The position numbers and the translations under genes were made by a program. 64,000 nucleotides of DNA from the human T2T-CHM13v2.0 reference genome, Homo sapiens, in the NCBI RefSeq assembly GCF_009914755.1, contig NC_060937.1; one strand, given 5' to 3'. The notes under the pieces are model-generated. The model saw nothing but the letters and a program-made list of their open reading frames with translations, did not search any database and was not told where the DNA came from. This document shows positions 63,436 through 64,000 of this stretch, piece by piece (the first letter of the stretch is position 1; the number at the start of each line of letters is the position of its first letter).

Positions 63436-64000
63436 GAGCAAAATGGCCAACATGGACCCAGGAATAGTGGGCTTATAGGAGACGCTCTCTGATGTCCCTT
63501 CTCATCTAATATTCTCTAAATAATTCCTAAGTGGCAGGAGGGCTTCCCTACATCTCCCCAGCTAATGAATTCGGCCGCTACTGAGTAAGAGATCGGTTTG
63601 TTTTCTTTACATTTGAGTTCTCAAACTTAACTACTTTGCACTTGCAGTGTGGGTGTCTGAAATGTTAATTGAGCCTCACCACAGCCCCTGGAAAGAGGTA
63701 AGTGTTGCAACATCTGCCACAATTTAAAACACTTACTCAGGTGCCTGTCTGCTCAGTGCCTATGCACTAAGTCAAAGAGGCACAGGCCAGCTGTCCAGAA
63801 GCGGCCAGAAACGCTGGAACTCACCCACACAAAGGATAAACAAGCAGCTGAGCAAATTCTGATAGAATGGTAATGTCAAGCAAATAAAGAGAATGTAAAT
63901 GAGGAACTGGTGAGGAGGCCACCCTTTGAGAAGATGGAGGTGAGAGGGGAAAGAGAGGAGTTAGCACACGCCAGGCAACGGAGTGGGGGTAATCACTCAC

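Overview
This is primate (human-like) non-coding DNA, either intergenic or deep intronic. I see no credible protein-coding exon, RNA gene, CpG island or CRISPR array. The longest ORFs in the track are artefacts of simple repeats. The window is a mosaic of interspersed repeats: Alu, MIR, L2, L1, MaLR/ERVL/ERV1 solo LTRs and MER DNA transposons, many with readable target-site duplications (TSDs). Repeat families were recognised by eye from remembered consensus sequences, so subfamily names and boundaries are approximate. Structures that an ordinary repeat list does not explain: (1) an old ~390-bp inverted duplication (1304-1689 vs 3366-4066) whose second arm was later interrupted by an AluS; (2) a tail-less L1PA fragment at ~40.8 kb that looks copied from the L1PA 1.75 kb away; (3) an L1 with an apparent 3' transduction at 43.2 kb; (4) a perfect 15-bp hairpin in unique DNA at 48.2 kb with decayed outer arms; (5) a 17-nt orphan retro-insertion with an 18-bp TSD at 61.0 kb; (6) an L1 retaining only its 5' end but flanked by a TSD-like duplication; (7) two twin-primed L1s. 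I cannot support a claim of a new gene system from the sequence alone.
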